Below are positions 39,773 through 48,535 of a stretch of DNA of 64,000 nt, one piece after another. The stretch is from positions 92,260-156,259 of the forward strand of contig CAYYSI010000002.1 of assembly GCA_964474435.1 (NCBI GenBank), given 5' to 3'. Numbering within the stretch: the first letter of the stretch is position 1; each line of letters starts with the position of its first letter. The position numbers and the translations under genes are program-made. The DNA comes from an uncultured Candidatus Saccharibacteria bacterium (GTDB lineage Bacteria; Patescibacteriota; Minisyncoccia; Phycocordibacterales; UBA9973). The notes beneath the pieces are model-generated. The model made no database searches. It was not told where the DNA came from and worked only from the letters and a program-made list of their open reading frames with translations.

Positions 39773-40384
39773 ATGAAAAAAATCTTATGTATTTTCGCAG
39801 CAATACTTATTGTTACTTTTACTGCTTCTGCAGAACCAAAAGATTCATTATGTAAATGTCCTACACCGGTAGGTACGATTGGTAAAAGTAAAAATAAAGC
39901 ATCAGGTGCACCACGCCAAAGTGTAATACCAACGTATTCATCATCGATATCGAACAGTTTCAATACGACGACGAATAATTATTATTACCCCGCACCATAC
40001 TATCCACCTGTTGAAGTTGTACAAAAAACCCAACCCCTTCAACCTGTTTCGACGCCACTCTCTGATCTTGTGGATGGGTTCCTATGGGGTGTACTTTTTC
40101 TAATTCTTGTCACAGCGCTGATATTGTTAGGAATCCTTTTCTGGAAATTCATCCAAAAGATGAAGGCTACTCCTCTTACTTCGAAAGATGAAAAAAAGGA
40201 AGTTACAAGCCATCATAGTGTGGTTGAAACAAAATCCGATCCAAGCGATCTTAAAAAAGATGCAATTGAAAAAGCATCGGCAGGTGGTGGAAGTTTTAGT
40301 TCAAGAGCTGACGGAAGTTGGAAAGTTGATTTTCCAAAACCTGAAGTAAAAACAGACGAAAACAAGCAACAGGTGCCACAGTAA
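39773..40384 (+). CDS. secreted/membrane hypothetical protein (signal peptide, Y/P-rich, one TM)
   Basis: Signal peptide MKKILCIFAAILIVTFTASA and an internal TM LWGVLFLILVTALILLGILFW. Confidence 0.4.
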   Translation: MKKILCIFAAILIVTFTASAEPKDSLCKCPTPVGTIGKSKNKASGAPRQSVIPTYSSSISNSFNTTTNNYYYPAPYYPPVEVVQKTQPLQPVSTPLSDLVDGFLWGVLFLILVTALILLGILFWKFIQKMKATPLTSKDEKKEVTSHHSVVETKSDPSDLKKDAIEKASAGGGSFSSRADGSWKVDFPKPEVKTDENKQQVPQ

Positions 40385-40404
40385 TTTTTTCATCTTCTGA
40401 AACC

Positions 40405-40437
40405 GAACCCTTCCAATTTTTTGGAAGGGTTTTTTAT
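40405..40437 (+). terminator. rho-independent terminator
   Basis: CCCTTCCAA-tttt-TTGGAAGGG-ttttttat. Confidence 0.65.
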
Positions 40438-40459
40438 TTCCTGAAAAATATGATAAGGT

Positions 40460-40759
40460 ATGGCAAAACAAAAAATAGTTATTTTTATGAAACAAGAGAA
40501 TGGAAAGAAAGCGATACTTATCGCTGTCGCACTATTAGCAGTCTCAGGCATATTTGCTTGGGAAAATCGTGATCAGTACACCACTATTTGGACAAAGACT
40601 GAGCCAGGAAAACCTGATTCAACACTCAAGATCACCCTTACTGGTGATACATCCTTGATAAAGGATACAATGAAATTATTGAAACGTCCTGACAAGGACA
40701 CCCTCGTTTCTATTTCAGATTCGAGTTTCACATCCCCGATCGTATTGATCAAACAATAA
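40460..40759 (+). CDS. small membrane-anchored hypothetical protein
   Basis: 99 aa with an N-terminal TM. Confidence 0.35.
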   Translation: MAKQKIVIFMKQENGKKAILIAVALLAVSGIFAWENRDQYTTIWTKTEPGKPDSTLKITLTGDTSLIKDTMKLLKRPDKDTLVSISDSSFTSPIVLIKQ

Positions 40760-40823
40760 AACCATTTTTTTCACACAAAAGCGCTCAGTAAATGGGCGCT
40801 TCTTTATTTGCTATACTCATCCT

Positions 40824-41594
40824 ATGAAACTCATCTCTTGGAACACCAATGGCCTGCGCGCTACTGCAAAGCAGGGCTACTTTGATCCCCTGTTTCGAGA
40901 CTTTGATCCGGATATTTTGTGCCTCCAAGAAACCAAGGCAACACCTGATCAACTTCCCGAAGAAGTGCGCAATGTATTTGGATACGAATCATTTTTTGCA
41001 TTCCCTACTATCAAGAAAGGCTACAGTGGCGTCGGTGTGTATACCAAAGAGTCTCCGCTCAAGGTTGTGTATGGCATCGGAGACGAAGCACTCGATGCAG
41101 AAGGCCGCACGATCACGTGTGAGTACAAAGACTTTTATTTCATCAACTGCTACTTCCCTAACGGTGGCGGTGCGCCCGAACGACTCGAGTACAAGCTCGC
41201 CTTTTATGAACAATTTCTCAAACACATCGAGAAGCTTGAGAAAAAGAAGCCGGTGATATTTTGTGGCGATGTGAATGTCGCGCATACAGAAATAGATCTC
41301 GCTCGCCCAAAAGAAAATGCGACACATGTCGGCTTTCTCCCTATCGAGCGTGCATGGATGGACAAGGTAGTAAAAAAAGGATGGATCGATGTATTCCGAC
41401 ATCTGCACCCTGATGCACGTGATGTCTATACCTACTGGGACCAATACTCACATGCCCGCGAACGCAATGTCGGGTGGCGTATCGACTACTTCTTTGTCTC
41501 GCCGAAACTTTTGCCAAAGGTGAAAGAATTCAAAACCCTCACTGACTACTACGGCTCCGACCACTGCCCCATCCTCCTCGACATCGACCTCTAG
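40824..41594 (+). CDS. xth: exodeoxyribonuclease III (AP endonuclease)
   Basis: ExoIII/APE motifs SWNTNG, LCLQETK and the C-terminal SDHCP. Confidence 0.85.
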   Translation: MKLISWNTNGLRATAKQGYFDPLFRDFDPDILCLQETKATPDQLPEEVRNVFGYESFFAFPTIKKGYSGVGVYTKESPLKVVYGIGDEALDAEGRTITCEYKDFYFINCYFPNGGGAPERLEYKLAFYEQFLKHIEKLEKKKPVIFCGDVNVAHTEIDLARPKENATHVGFLPIERAWMDKVVKKGWIDVFRHLHPDARDVYTYWDQYSHARERNVGWRIDYFFVSPKLLPKVKEFKTLTDYYGSDHCPILLDIDL

Positions 41595-41647
41595 CCATTT
41601 CCTTTACAAAAGTGTGTTTTGTGGTAATGTAGTACAAAACCTCCTTT

Positions 41648-41989
41648 ATGATACCCGTTAACAAAATATCTAAAACTACTGGTTACTACGCAGTAGCCGC
41701 ACTCTTTATTTCTATTGTCGTAGTAGTACTCAAAGATGATAGTAACTCAATGGCGATCGCTGGAATATTGTCAGCAATAGTAGGTATTCTCGTAGTCTGT
41801 ATTATGTGTTTTCCGAAATTATGGAAGATTAAGATAATAGATGAAGAATCACCAGATGAAACAACTGAGCATAACCATGCTGGCGAAGATGAGTTTATGA
41901 AACCATTTTTTACAGAAGAAGAGATGGTTGCTATTGATCCCGGAGCTACCGAATTCACTTTTGACAATCCTGCGGTTTCACAAAATTAA
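41648..41989 (+). CDS. hypothetical membrane protein
   Basis: Two TM helices; followed by a terminator at 42001-42040. Confidence 0.3.
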   Translation: MIPVNKISKTTGYYAVAALFISIVVVVLKDDSNSMAIAGILSAIVGILVVCIMCFPKLWKIKIIDEESPDETTEHNHAGEDEFMKPFFTEEEMVAIDPGATEFTFDNPAVSQN

Positions 41990-42000
41990 ATAACCCCGTA

Positions 42001-42040
42001 AAAAAAGTATCCCCGTACAGCTAAGTACGGGGATTTTGTA
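42001..42040 (+). terminator. rho-independent terminator
   Basis: ATCCCCGTAC-agctaa-GTACGGGGAT-tttgtat. Confidence 0.65.
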
Positions 42041-42280
42041 TGAAAAATATTTTTAGTTGGTTACGCAGCTCTTCGATAGGACTGGCTTTTGTTGTTCGGT
42101 CGTCGATACGACACTTTCTGTTTACGGGTAGCAATTTCGGTAACTAGTGCGTCGGTATGTTTCATCGACGTCTTTTTCTTGTTTGGAACATTTTTCATAT
42201 AAAATATATGTTTTTCTTAGTTATACCAACTAACCCTTGTGCTGTAAAGGAAAAGGAGTAGACTGAAGAAAACGATCGTT

Positions 42281-42766
42281 ATGAAAGATACTCATTCTGA
42301 ACTTGAAAAATTATGGGCAGAGCTTTCAGATAACAAGCCATACCCAGTTGAAGATTTGTATACCCATGTGATTGCTGAAGGTAAAAGAAACCGAGAGGAC
42401 TATTGGTCTATATACGACAAATTAGTTCACCATGAACTCGATCCTAGTATAGTTTATTTTGACAATGCTAGTCCGATTGATATTCTCGAAATGATTGAAG
42501 ATTTTTGTAAAAAACTTACACTTACCTTGAATCAGATATGGAAAGTCTCTTGGCATACTACAAGCACAATGAAAAGTACAAGGAGGTTTTCTAATTTGAT
42601 AACTGGAGTTAGTGGTGATCTGGAATATATTCAAGACAAGATAGAAATGGTAAATAATGATATAGATTTATTCCATTTCCATTTTCCTTGGAAATACACT
42701 GATACTTCATTTCGTCAGCACCCTCCCTCGTATGATTCAGAGTATTACAAATATCAAAAAAATTAA
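42281..42766 (+). CDS. hypothetical protein (AT-rich island)
   Basis: 161-aa ORF in a low-GC segment; terminator at 42766-42799. Confidence 0.35.
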   Translation: MKDTHSELEKLWAELSDNKPYPVEDLYTHVIAEGKRNREDYWSIYDKLVHHELDPSIVYFDNASPIDILEMIEDFCKKLTLTLNQIWKVSWHTTSTMKSTRRFSNLITGVSGDLEYIQDKIEMVNNDIDLFHFHFPWKYTDTSFRQHPPSYDSEYYKYQKN

Positions 42767-42975
42767 AAACCGGCTCATATTTATGAACCGGTTTTTTTAT
42801 TTCAGAATAAGAAAGTATTAGCCTGCAAAAGTGGGAAGATGTTTCTTTCGATACATGCTTTTCTTTTTCATTTTTTTAATAACTTTCTTCTGTTTCTTGG
42901 TAGTATTTTTCTTTTTTGGCATATAATGAGCGTTTTGATCCGATTGAGTAAATCAGATTTTGGGACCTTTGCCAA

Positions 42976-43803
42976 CTAGTGAGCAACAAAGAAATGTTGT
43001 CCAAGCATCTTCTTGAGTTTTTGTGCTTTGCGAGCATTTCGAGAAATCGTGAGCTTGGTCTTGCCATAGGCTACAAGTGCTTGGAGGGTTGGTATCACCG
43101 AGTCATCAAAGGCTTCGGTCCATGTATAGAAATCATCCACGGCCTGTGCAATATCCGGATCAATAGATGCTTCGATAATATAGTCACCAAATATGTTGAG
43201 ATAGTAATTTCGTTTCTCAAATACTGGCTTTTCAACTATGTGGTATTGGAGGTACGTGCCGTCAAAGAACTGCTTGGTATATATATCGAGCGGATCGTTA
43301 CTCCCGACAGTGAGCCAGATCTGTCGTTTCATATCTTTTAATTTATTGAATAAGTGCACCTCGCTCTCCTGTCGTGCGAGCATGAACCATTCATGTGGGT
43401 TGTAGATATAGATCGGCTCCTTTGTCGTATCAGCAAGCACATCAAATGCATGCCCCCAAAACTTATCCGCTTCATGAGGACTCTTGAATGCATAGCTGAT
43501 CTTGTCCCCGTCATCCAGAGAGAGGAAATCTACTCCTTCTCGTCGTGCACCATACCGCTCCTGTGCTCTGGCAAAGAAATCTGCCATCTTGCCCAGCCAC
43601 ACGTTCGAGAGCGAAAACTGTGTCCCATGCTTCACGACGACTTCCTCTGCGATCAAGCGACGCAGCACGACATAGAGGGCTTGTTTGGTGAGGGTTTTCT
43701 TGATTCCCCGAGCTGCTTGGAGCAATTGCGCGCCTGTTGCCGCATTTCCTGCCAATTTGCCGATTATCGACTCTTCTATAGTTGTCGGATGCTTGAAATC
43801 CAT
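42976..43803 (-). CDS. hypothetical protein with N-terminal winged-helix-like segment
   Basis: The track start is TTG; the ATG at 43803 (MDFKHP) was used. Confidence 0.4.
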   Translation of the reverse strand: MDFKHPTTIEESIIGKLAGNAATGAQLLQAARGIKKTLTKQALYVVLRRLIAEEVVVKHGTQFSLSNVWLGKMADFFARAQERYGARREGVDFLSLDDGDKISYAFKSPHEADKFWGHAFDVLADTTKEPIYIYNPHEWFMLARQESEVHLFNKLKDMKRQIWLTVGSNDPLDIYTKQFFDGTYLQYHIVEKPVFEKRNYYLNIFGDYIIEASIDPDIAQAVDDFYTWTEAFDDSVIPTLQALVAYGKTKLTISRNARKAQKLKKMLGQHFFVAH

Positions 43804-43987
43804 GCCTAAGGATAGCAAAATCTCCTATAAAAGTAAAATAATATTTTACAAATATATCCAAAAACCCTTATATTTTGACAAATCTTATAAATATATGCAT
43901 AATATGTGCAGGATAGAGTACTTTGAGATTGGTTCTAGGTTCGTAGTGTGATTCGGCCGAACACATTACTTATCTAAAACAAACTAT

Positions 43988-44785
43988 ATGAAACTTATTA
44001 TTATCGGAGGTGTTACTGGGTCTATAGGTCAGGAAATCCTGCGGAAATATCTCCTGGAGAAAGAAACCTTGATCTATGGTATCTCAAGGAAGGGTGTTTC
44101 TGTTTCCAGTTTCTCTAGCCTACCCAATCACAATATGATTGTTGGAGTAGATCTTCGAAACACTGCTTCTATAAGCGAATTTGTTTCCAAGATTCCCGTA
44201 CAGCACTACGACAGCATCTCTTACTTCCACTTAGTTGGTGAATTCAAGACTGAAATAACCGAGGGGTTTGAAGTGTTGGTTCAAAACGATCTGGATGAAG
44301 ATGGGATCGATGACGCGGTGCATGGACTGGTAGCAAAAGCATATCAAGATATGGTCTCCGGACTTATCGAGATTGCAGCTACTACCAATGCCGCGCTCAA
44401 AGTAGCCTCGCTCGGTTCTCTTGCTGATGTACATGATATTCCCTGTTTTCAATCGTTCAGGAAATCTCGTGAAATTGTGAAAACTTTTTCCCAAGAGATC
44501 TCCCAGAACAATTCGATCGCAAGTTTTTATCTGTTTAACACCAGCACGATCCTCTCTGCGGATGAAATGTTGGAGCGGCCATTTATATTTTCAACAAACG
44601 TTGATCCGACCTATTGGATCACTCCATCAGAACTTGTTGAGAAGGCACTTAGCTTCATGGGTTCCAGTAATGGAATCATCGAACGAGATATCTATCTTGC
44701 AAATCCGCAGTTTTCCGACGATTACTTCGATCCAACTGTCACCCTCAGGAGAAGAGTGCAGGAGCTGTACAACAAAATTATTTAA
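43988..44785 (+). CDS. NAD(P)-binding Rossmann-fold protein (SDR-like)
   Basis: N-terminal IIIGGVTGSIGQEI glycine-rich dinucleotide-binding motif. Confidence 0.45.
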   Translation: MKLIIIGGVTGSIGQEILRKYLLEKETLIYGISRKGVSVSSFSSLPNHNMIVGVDLRNTASISEFVSKIPVQHYDSISYFHLVGEFKTEITEGFEVLVQNDLDEDGIDDAVHGLVAKAYQDMVSGLIEIAATTNAALKVASLGSLADVHDIPCFQSFRKSREIVKTFSQEISQNNSIASFYLFNTSTILSADEMLERPFIFSTNVDPTYWITPSELVEKALSFMGSSNGIIERDIYLANPQFSDDYFDPTVTLRRRVQELYNKII

Positions 44786-44894
44786 CCCTCTAAAAGAAGT
44801 TGAGCGAAATAATACCGTTTCGCTCTCATTATTCAGCTCATCAAATACTTGGTGGTCTGATTGTGAAACAAATTGTTCATTTAAAAAATATAAT

Positions 44895-45212
44895 ATGAAA
44901 TATCAAAATATCACTCTTACACTTATCAAAGGTGAGCACGATACAAACATGATTATCCCTTTTGAAGCATCTTTCCTAAATACTGTTAAGATTATTCCGT
45001 ATTTTGAATCTGCGGCGTGTCTCCCTATGGATTTTCCTAACGAATGGTTTTTCAAAAAAATTCTATTAAAAATTAAAGGGAAATTAAAAGTTGTAACATT
45101 CACTTATCATGTCGTGGGTTGGGACGGTAGTTTTCCGATCATAGATCGTATTTATGATTACGAGCCCGGTAAAGAAAATTTAGAAAATCTCCACATTTTT
45201 ATCGAGTCCTAA
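44895..45212 (+). CDS. small hypothetical protein
   Basis: ATG at 44895; the longer track ORF overlaps the preceding gene. Confidence 0.25.
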   Translation: MKYQNITLTLIKGEHDTNMIIPFEASFLNTVKIIPYFESAACLPMDFPNEWFFKKILLKIKGKLKVVTFTYHVVGWDGSFPIIDRIYDYEPGKENLENLHIFIES

Positions 45213-45218
45213 CAATTC

Positions 45219-45249
45219 AAAAACCGACCATCACTGGCCGGTTTTTTTA
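45219..45249. terminator. bidirectional rho-independent terminator
   Basis: aaaaa-CCGACCA-tcac-TGGCCGG-ttttttt between convergent genes. Confidence 0.55.
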
Positions 45250-46785
45250 TTTCTTCTTCACTCCATGTTTCACGTGCAACTTCCCTACTTCTTCGTCGTT
45301 TGCTTCATCTTTGGAATGTTTCCCCTTCTCTCCTAATACTTTGAGGTCTTTATCCTCCAATTCATCCAGATCTTTGACCCGTTCAGAGAGGATTTCGACG
45401 GTATTAAGCGTTGGATCTTCGAGGACTTCCTCGAGTAATGCATGCAGGATCCAGCCCATACGAGGACCTGGTTTCATGTGTAATACCTCCATGAGGTATT
45501 TCCCATCAACCTTTAGCTGTGAAACCGAGATCGGGTCGCGGAGTGCTTCGTCGATCATGGCGTGGTATTTGCGCAGTCTATAGGGCGCTTCGGCCTTTTT
45601 CATACCGACGCGGTCGCATTCGCGGACTTCCATGAGCTCCCAGATATGCTCAGGTTTCACCTTTTGGATGATGCGGCGCACCGCAGAGAGCGTGATTTGC
45701 TCAGTATCAGAGAAAAACATGTGATTGCGCACCAGTGTAACTACCAAATCAGTCGTTTCACGTGAAAACCTGAGACGCTCCATGATCTTCTTGGTCATCC
45801 TCGCACCTACGACCTCGTGCCCAAAGAATGTGTATTTGTCCTTGGTCCGGTCATAGCGACGGGTTGCGGGCTTGCCAATATCATGAAACAGAGCTGTGAG
45901 GCGTATTTCACGTGAAAAGTTCTTGTCGGCAGCATGCTGGAGGGCATGTAGGAGGTGCTGGTACACATCATAGATATGAGCACCCTTTTGCTCACACCCA
46001 ATCCCCTCATATAGTTCTGGAATGATGTGTTTGAGGAGTCCAGACTTCTCGAGCATAACAATGCCTGCGGCAGGGCTGTCGGAATCAATGATTTTGACCA
46101 GTTCATCCCGGATACGCTCCCCTGAGATGTGTTTGAGGAGGTCGGCATTTGTAGTAATAGACTCAAATGTTTCATGTGTAACAGCAAAACCTAGGGTTGT
46201 GGAAAACCTGACTGCTCGGAGCATGCGGAGCGCGTCTTCGTTGAAGCGTACGTCTGGATAAAGGACACATCTGATAGATTTGTCCTTTATGTCCTTTATA
46301 CCTCCAAATACGTCTATAACACTGTCCTTTATGGGATCCCAAGCTATGGCGTTCATCGTGAAGTCACGACGTTCGAGGTCTTTGCGGATATCTGTTTCAT
46401 ATGAAACGGTGTCCGGATGGCGGGTGTCACTATAGGATCCCTCAGATCGATAAGTCGTAACTTGGGCAATGTTGTCTAAATCAGGTGTTTCCTCCCCCTT
46501 CGCATCTCCCTCCGGTCGTGCTACGGAGGACAGTCGCGTGCTCCTCTCCGGGGATATGTTGATCACTGTCACTGTCCCGAAGTCATTTTCGTTCACAGTC
46601 TTGAGTTCTGGGAATGTAGTGATCACCTGCTCAGGTCGAGCATTGGTTGCAATGTCCCAGTCCTTGGGCACGACTCCCCTGATCATATCTCGCACACAGC
46701 CGCCCACCAGGTACGCCTCAAAACCCGCTTCTTGCAGGGTCCGAGTTACACGTGTAACAAATGGTGGGATTTTTGAGGTATCCAT
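45247..46785 (-). CDS. cca: CCA-adding tRNA nucleotidyltransferase with HD domain
   Basis: PolyA-polymerase head motif LVGGCVRD...WDIAT and an HD motif LFHDIGK. Confidence 0.8.
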   Translation of the reverse strand: MDTSKIPPFVTRVTRTLQEAGFEAYLVGGCVRDMIRGVVPKDWDIATNARPEQVITTFPELKTVNENDFGTVTVINISPERSTRLSSVARPEGDAKGEETPDLDNIAQVTTYRSEGSYSDTRHPDTVSYETDIRKDLERRDFTMNAIAWDPIKDSVIDVFGGIKDIKDKSIRCVLYPDVRFNEDALRMLRAVRFSTTLGFAVTHETFESITTNADLLKHISGERIRDELVKIIDSDSPAAGIVMLEKSGLLKHIIPELYEGIGCEQKGAHIYDVYQHLLHALQHAADKNFSREIRLTALFHDIGKPATRRYDRTKDKYTFFGHEVVGARMTKKIMERLRFSRETTDLVVTLVRNHMFFSDTEQITLSAVRRIIQKVKPEHIWELMEVRECDRVGMKKAEAPYRLRKYHAMIDEALRDPISVSQLKVDGKYLMEVLHMKPGPRMGWILHALLEEVLEDPTLNTVEILSERVKDLDELEDKDLKVLGEKGKHSKDEANDEEVGKLHVKHGVKKK

Positions 46786-46802
46786 AGGGATATTCTATAT
46801 AG

Positions 46803-46874
46803 TGCACCCATCAGGACTCGAACCTGAAACGACGCTTCCGAAGAGCGCTGTGATATCCATTTCACCATGGGTGC
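46803..46874 (-). tRNA. tRNA-Arg (anticodon TCG)
   Basis: Manual fold: acceptor GCACCCA/TGGGTGC, anticodon stem GCGCT/AGCGT with loop CTTCGGA, T-arm CAGG-TTCGAGT-CCTG. Confidence 0.7.
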
Positions 46875-46940
46875 GTATTGCAACTATAGCATTATTAAGG
46901 TTTTTTGCAATTGTAAACCAATGTAGTAGTATATAATACG

Positions 46941-47591
46941 ATGAGAAAGGACAAAGATTTTATATTCACATTGCGCAAAGGAGGGGACTCATATAGGCAA
47001 ATCCAGGCAAAAACAGGGGTTTCACGTGCAACACTTACTAAGTGGTTTGGCAATACTGAGTGGTCAAAGGAGCTAAAAGTGGTCCATACTGACATTGAAA
47101 CCAGAAGCTCAAAGGAGCGAATGATCCGCCTCAATATGGTACGAAAGTTAAAGCTACAGTATGCATACGCACTTATTGAGTCTGAAGCTGTAAAGGAATA
47201 CGAGCTTTACAAGAAAGAACCGCTTTTTTGGGCAGGACTTATGCTCTATGCAGGCGAAGGGGAGAAGACCTCAAAAGGCTTGATTCGTATAAGCAGCAGT
47301 GAGACCTATATCCATAGGATCTTTGGGGATTTTGCCCAAAAGTACCTAGCAGTAGGGGAGAAATCATTGAAATATGGTCTCTTGGTGCACGAAGGGCAGG
47401 ATGAAGGTGTCTGTAAGAGTAAATGGGCACAAGAGCTCTCTCTAGATGATGGTGACTTCTATAAAACCCAGACCCTAAGGGGGCGAGAAACCAGATTGCA
47501 ATATGGTGTCTGTATGAGTATAATCTCGAATACTGGTCTGAAGAGAAAGGTACTAAAGTGGCTTTCTTTGGCACAGAATGAGAAATTTTGA
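46941..47591 (+). CDS. hypothetical protein with N-terminal HTH
   Basis: N-terminal resolvase-type HTH (DSYRQIQAKTGVSRATLTKW) and a weak LAGLIDADG-like segment (WAGLMLYAGEGEK); lies between two tRNA genes. Confidence 0.4.
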   Translation: MRKDKDFIFTLRKGGDSYRQIQAKTGVSRATLTKWFGNTEWSKELKVVHTDIETRSSKERMIRLNMVRKLKLQYAYALIESEAVKEYELYKKEPLFWAGLMLYAGEGEKTSKGLIRISSSETYIHRIFGDFAQKYLAVGEKSLKYGLLVHEGQDEGVCKSKWAQELSLDDGDFYKTQTLRGRETRLQYGVCMSIISNTGLKRKVLKWLSLAQNEKF

Positions 47592-47594
47592 TAT

Positions 47595-47665
47595 GCGGTC
47601 ATAGTTTAGTGGTAGAACGACTCGTTGCCAACGAGTAGGTTGGGTTTCGATTACCCATGATCGCA
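47595..47665 (+). tRNA. tRNA-Gly (anticodon GCC)
   Basis: Manual fold: acceptor GCGGTCA/TGATCGC, D-arm AGTTTAGTGGTAGAACG, anticodon loop TTGCCAA, T-arm GGTTTCGATTACC. Confidence 0.75.
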
Positions 47666-47840
47666 CAGAGTATATAAAGAACAAAAAGACCTTATTATGT
47701 AGGGTCTTTTTGTTTGTGTTGATATGTCTCATAGACAAAACCTGTCGAATATGGGGACAAAACCTTTAATAATCAACGAAACTGTGGATAACTAGGTGTA
47801 TATGTGGGATAACGGACGACTTTTACGCTACACTGTCCCT

Positions 47841-48203
47841 ATGATTCGTGTCTTTACGTCCAAAACCCAGGAATTGGGAGAAAAAGGGGAGCATGAGGCG
47901 GTCGTATACCTAGAAAATGACGGATTTACAGTTATTGAGCGAAATGCGAACGGCAAATACGGCGAAATCGATATTGTGGCCAAAAAGCAGGGGATTGTGC
48001 ACTTCTTTGAGGTAAAGGCAGGGTATGCAGGAGGGTGGATCAATCCGGCAGAAAACCTCACTCAGGCAAAACTTCGGAAATTCCTCATTTCTGCAGAACA
48101 CTATGCGCTGACCCATGGGATCAAAGACTATCGAGTCGAGGGGATCGTCGTGCTCTTTGACCGAAATGGGGGAGTAGGGGTCGAAAGGATAGGACTTTTT
48201 TAA
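47841..48203 (+). CDS. yraN: YraN/UPF0102-family endonuclease
   Basis: Conserved GEIDIVA...FFEVK motif; ATG at 47841 chosen (the track start is GTG at 47796). Confidence 0.65.
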   Translation: MIRVFTSKTQELGEKGEHEAVVYLENDGFTVIERNANGKYGEIDIVAKKQGIVHFFEVKAGYAGGWINPAENLTQAKLRKFLISAEHYALTHGIKDYRVEGIVVLFDRNGGVGVERIGLF

Positions 48204-48221
48204 GGTCTTTTTTGTGCGGGA

Positions 48222-48292
48222 TAGGGGAATCGGACTCCTGCTCTCAGTTTGGAAAACTGATGTTCTACCATTAAACTAATCCCGCAATATTT
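48222..48292 (-). tRNA. tRNA-Gly (anticodon TCC)
   Basis: Manual fold: acceptor GCGGGAT/ATCCCGC, anticodon stem TCAGT/ACTGA with loop TTTCCAA. Confidence 0.7.
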
Positions 48293-48340
48293 CTATTTTA
48301 TATTCTTTGGTCTCCTTCGCCAAGGCTTCGGCGACCGTTG

Positions 48341-48411
48341 TCGGGGTGCAGGGAATCGAACCCTGCCCTCTTGTTCCCAAAACAAGTATACTACCGATAT
48401 ACTACACCCCG
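48341..48411 (-). tRNA. tRNA-Pro (anticodon TGG)
   Basis: Manual fold: acceptor CGGGGTG/CACCCCG, anticodon stem CTTGT/ACAAG with loop TTTGGGA, T-arm CAGGG-TTCGATT-CCCTG. Confidence 0.65.
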
Positions 48412-48535
48412 TAGCACAAGCCATGGTAGCAGAAAACTACTAAAGATGCTATCCCTTACACTTCATTTTTTCTACAAGGAAATTTCTAAAATTTCGTAGG
48501 AGTAAAGCACTTTTTATTGCTATACTTGTATTGTA

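Noticed and set aside
44562-45212. 216-aa ORF overlapping the 3' end of the NAD-binding protein gene
   Set aside because: The upstream 110 codons overlap gene 43988-44785 in another frame; only the distal ATG-initiated 105-aa portion (44895-45212) is plausibly independent, and even that is low confidence
47777-47785. Perfect DnaA box TGTGGATAA upstream of yraN
   Set aside because: It is a single isolated 9-mer far from dnaA, with no cluster or AT-rich unwinding element. It is probably chance, or a minor DnaA-regulated promoter; not called as an origin
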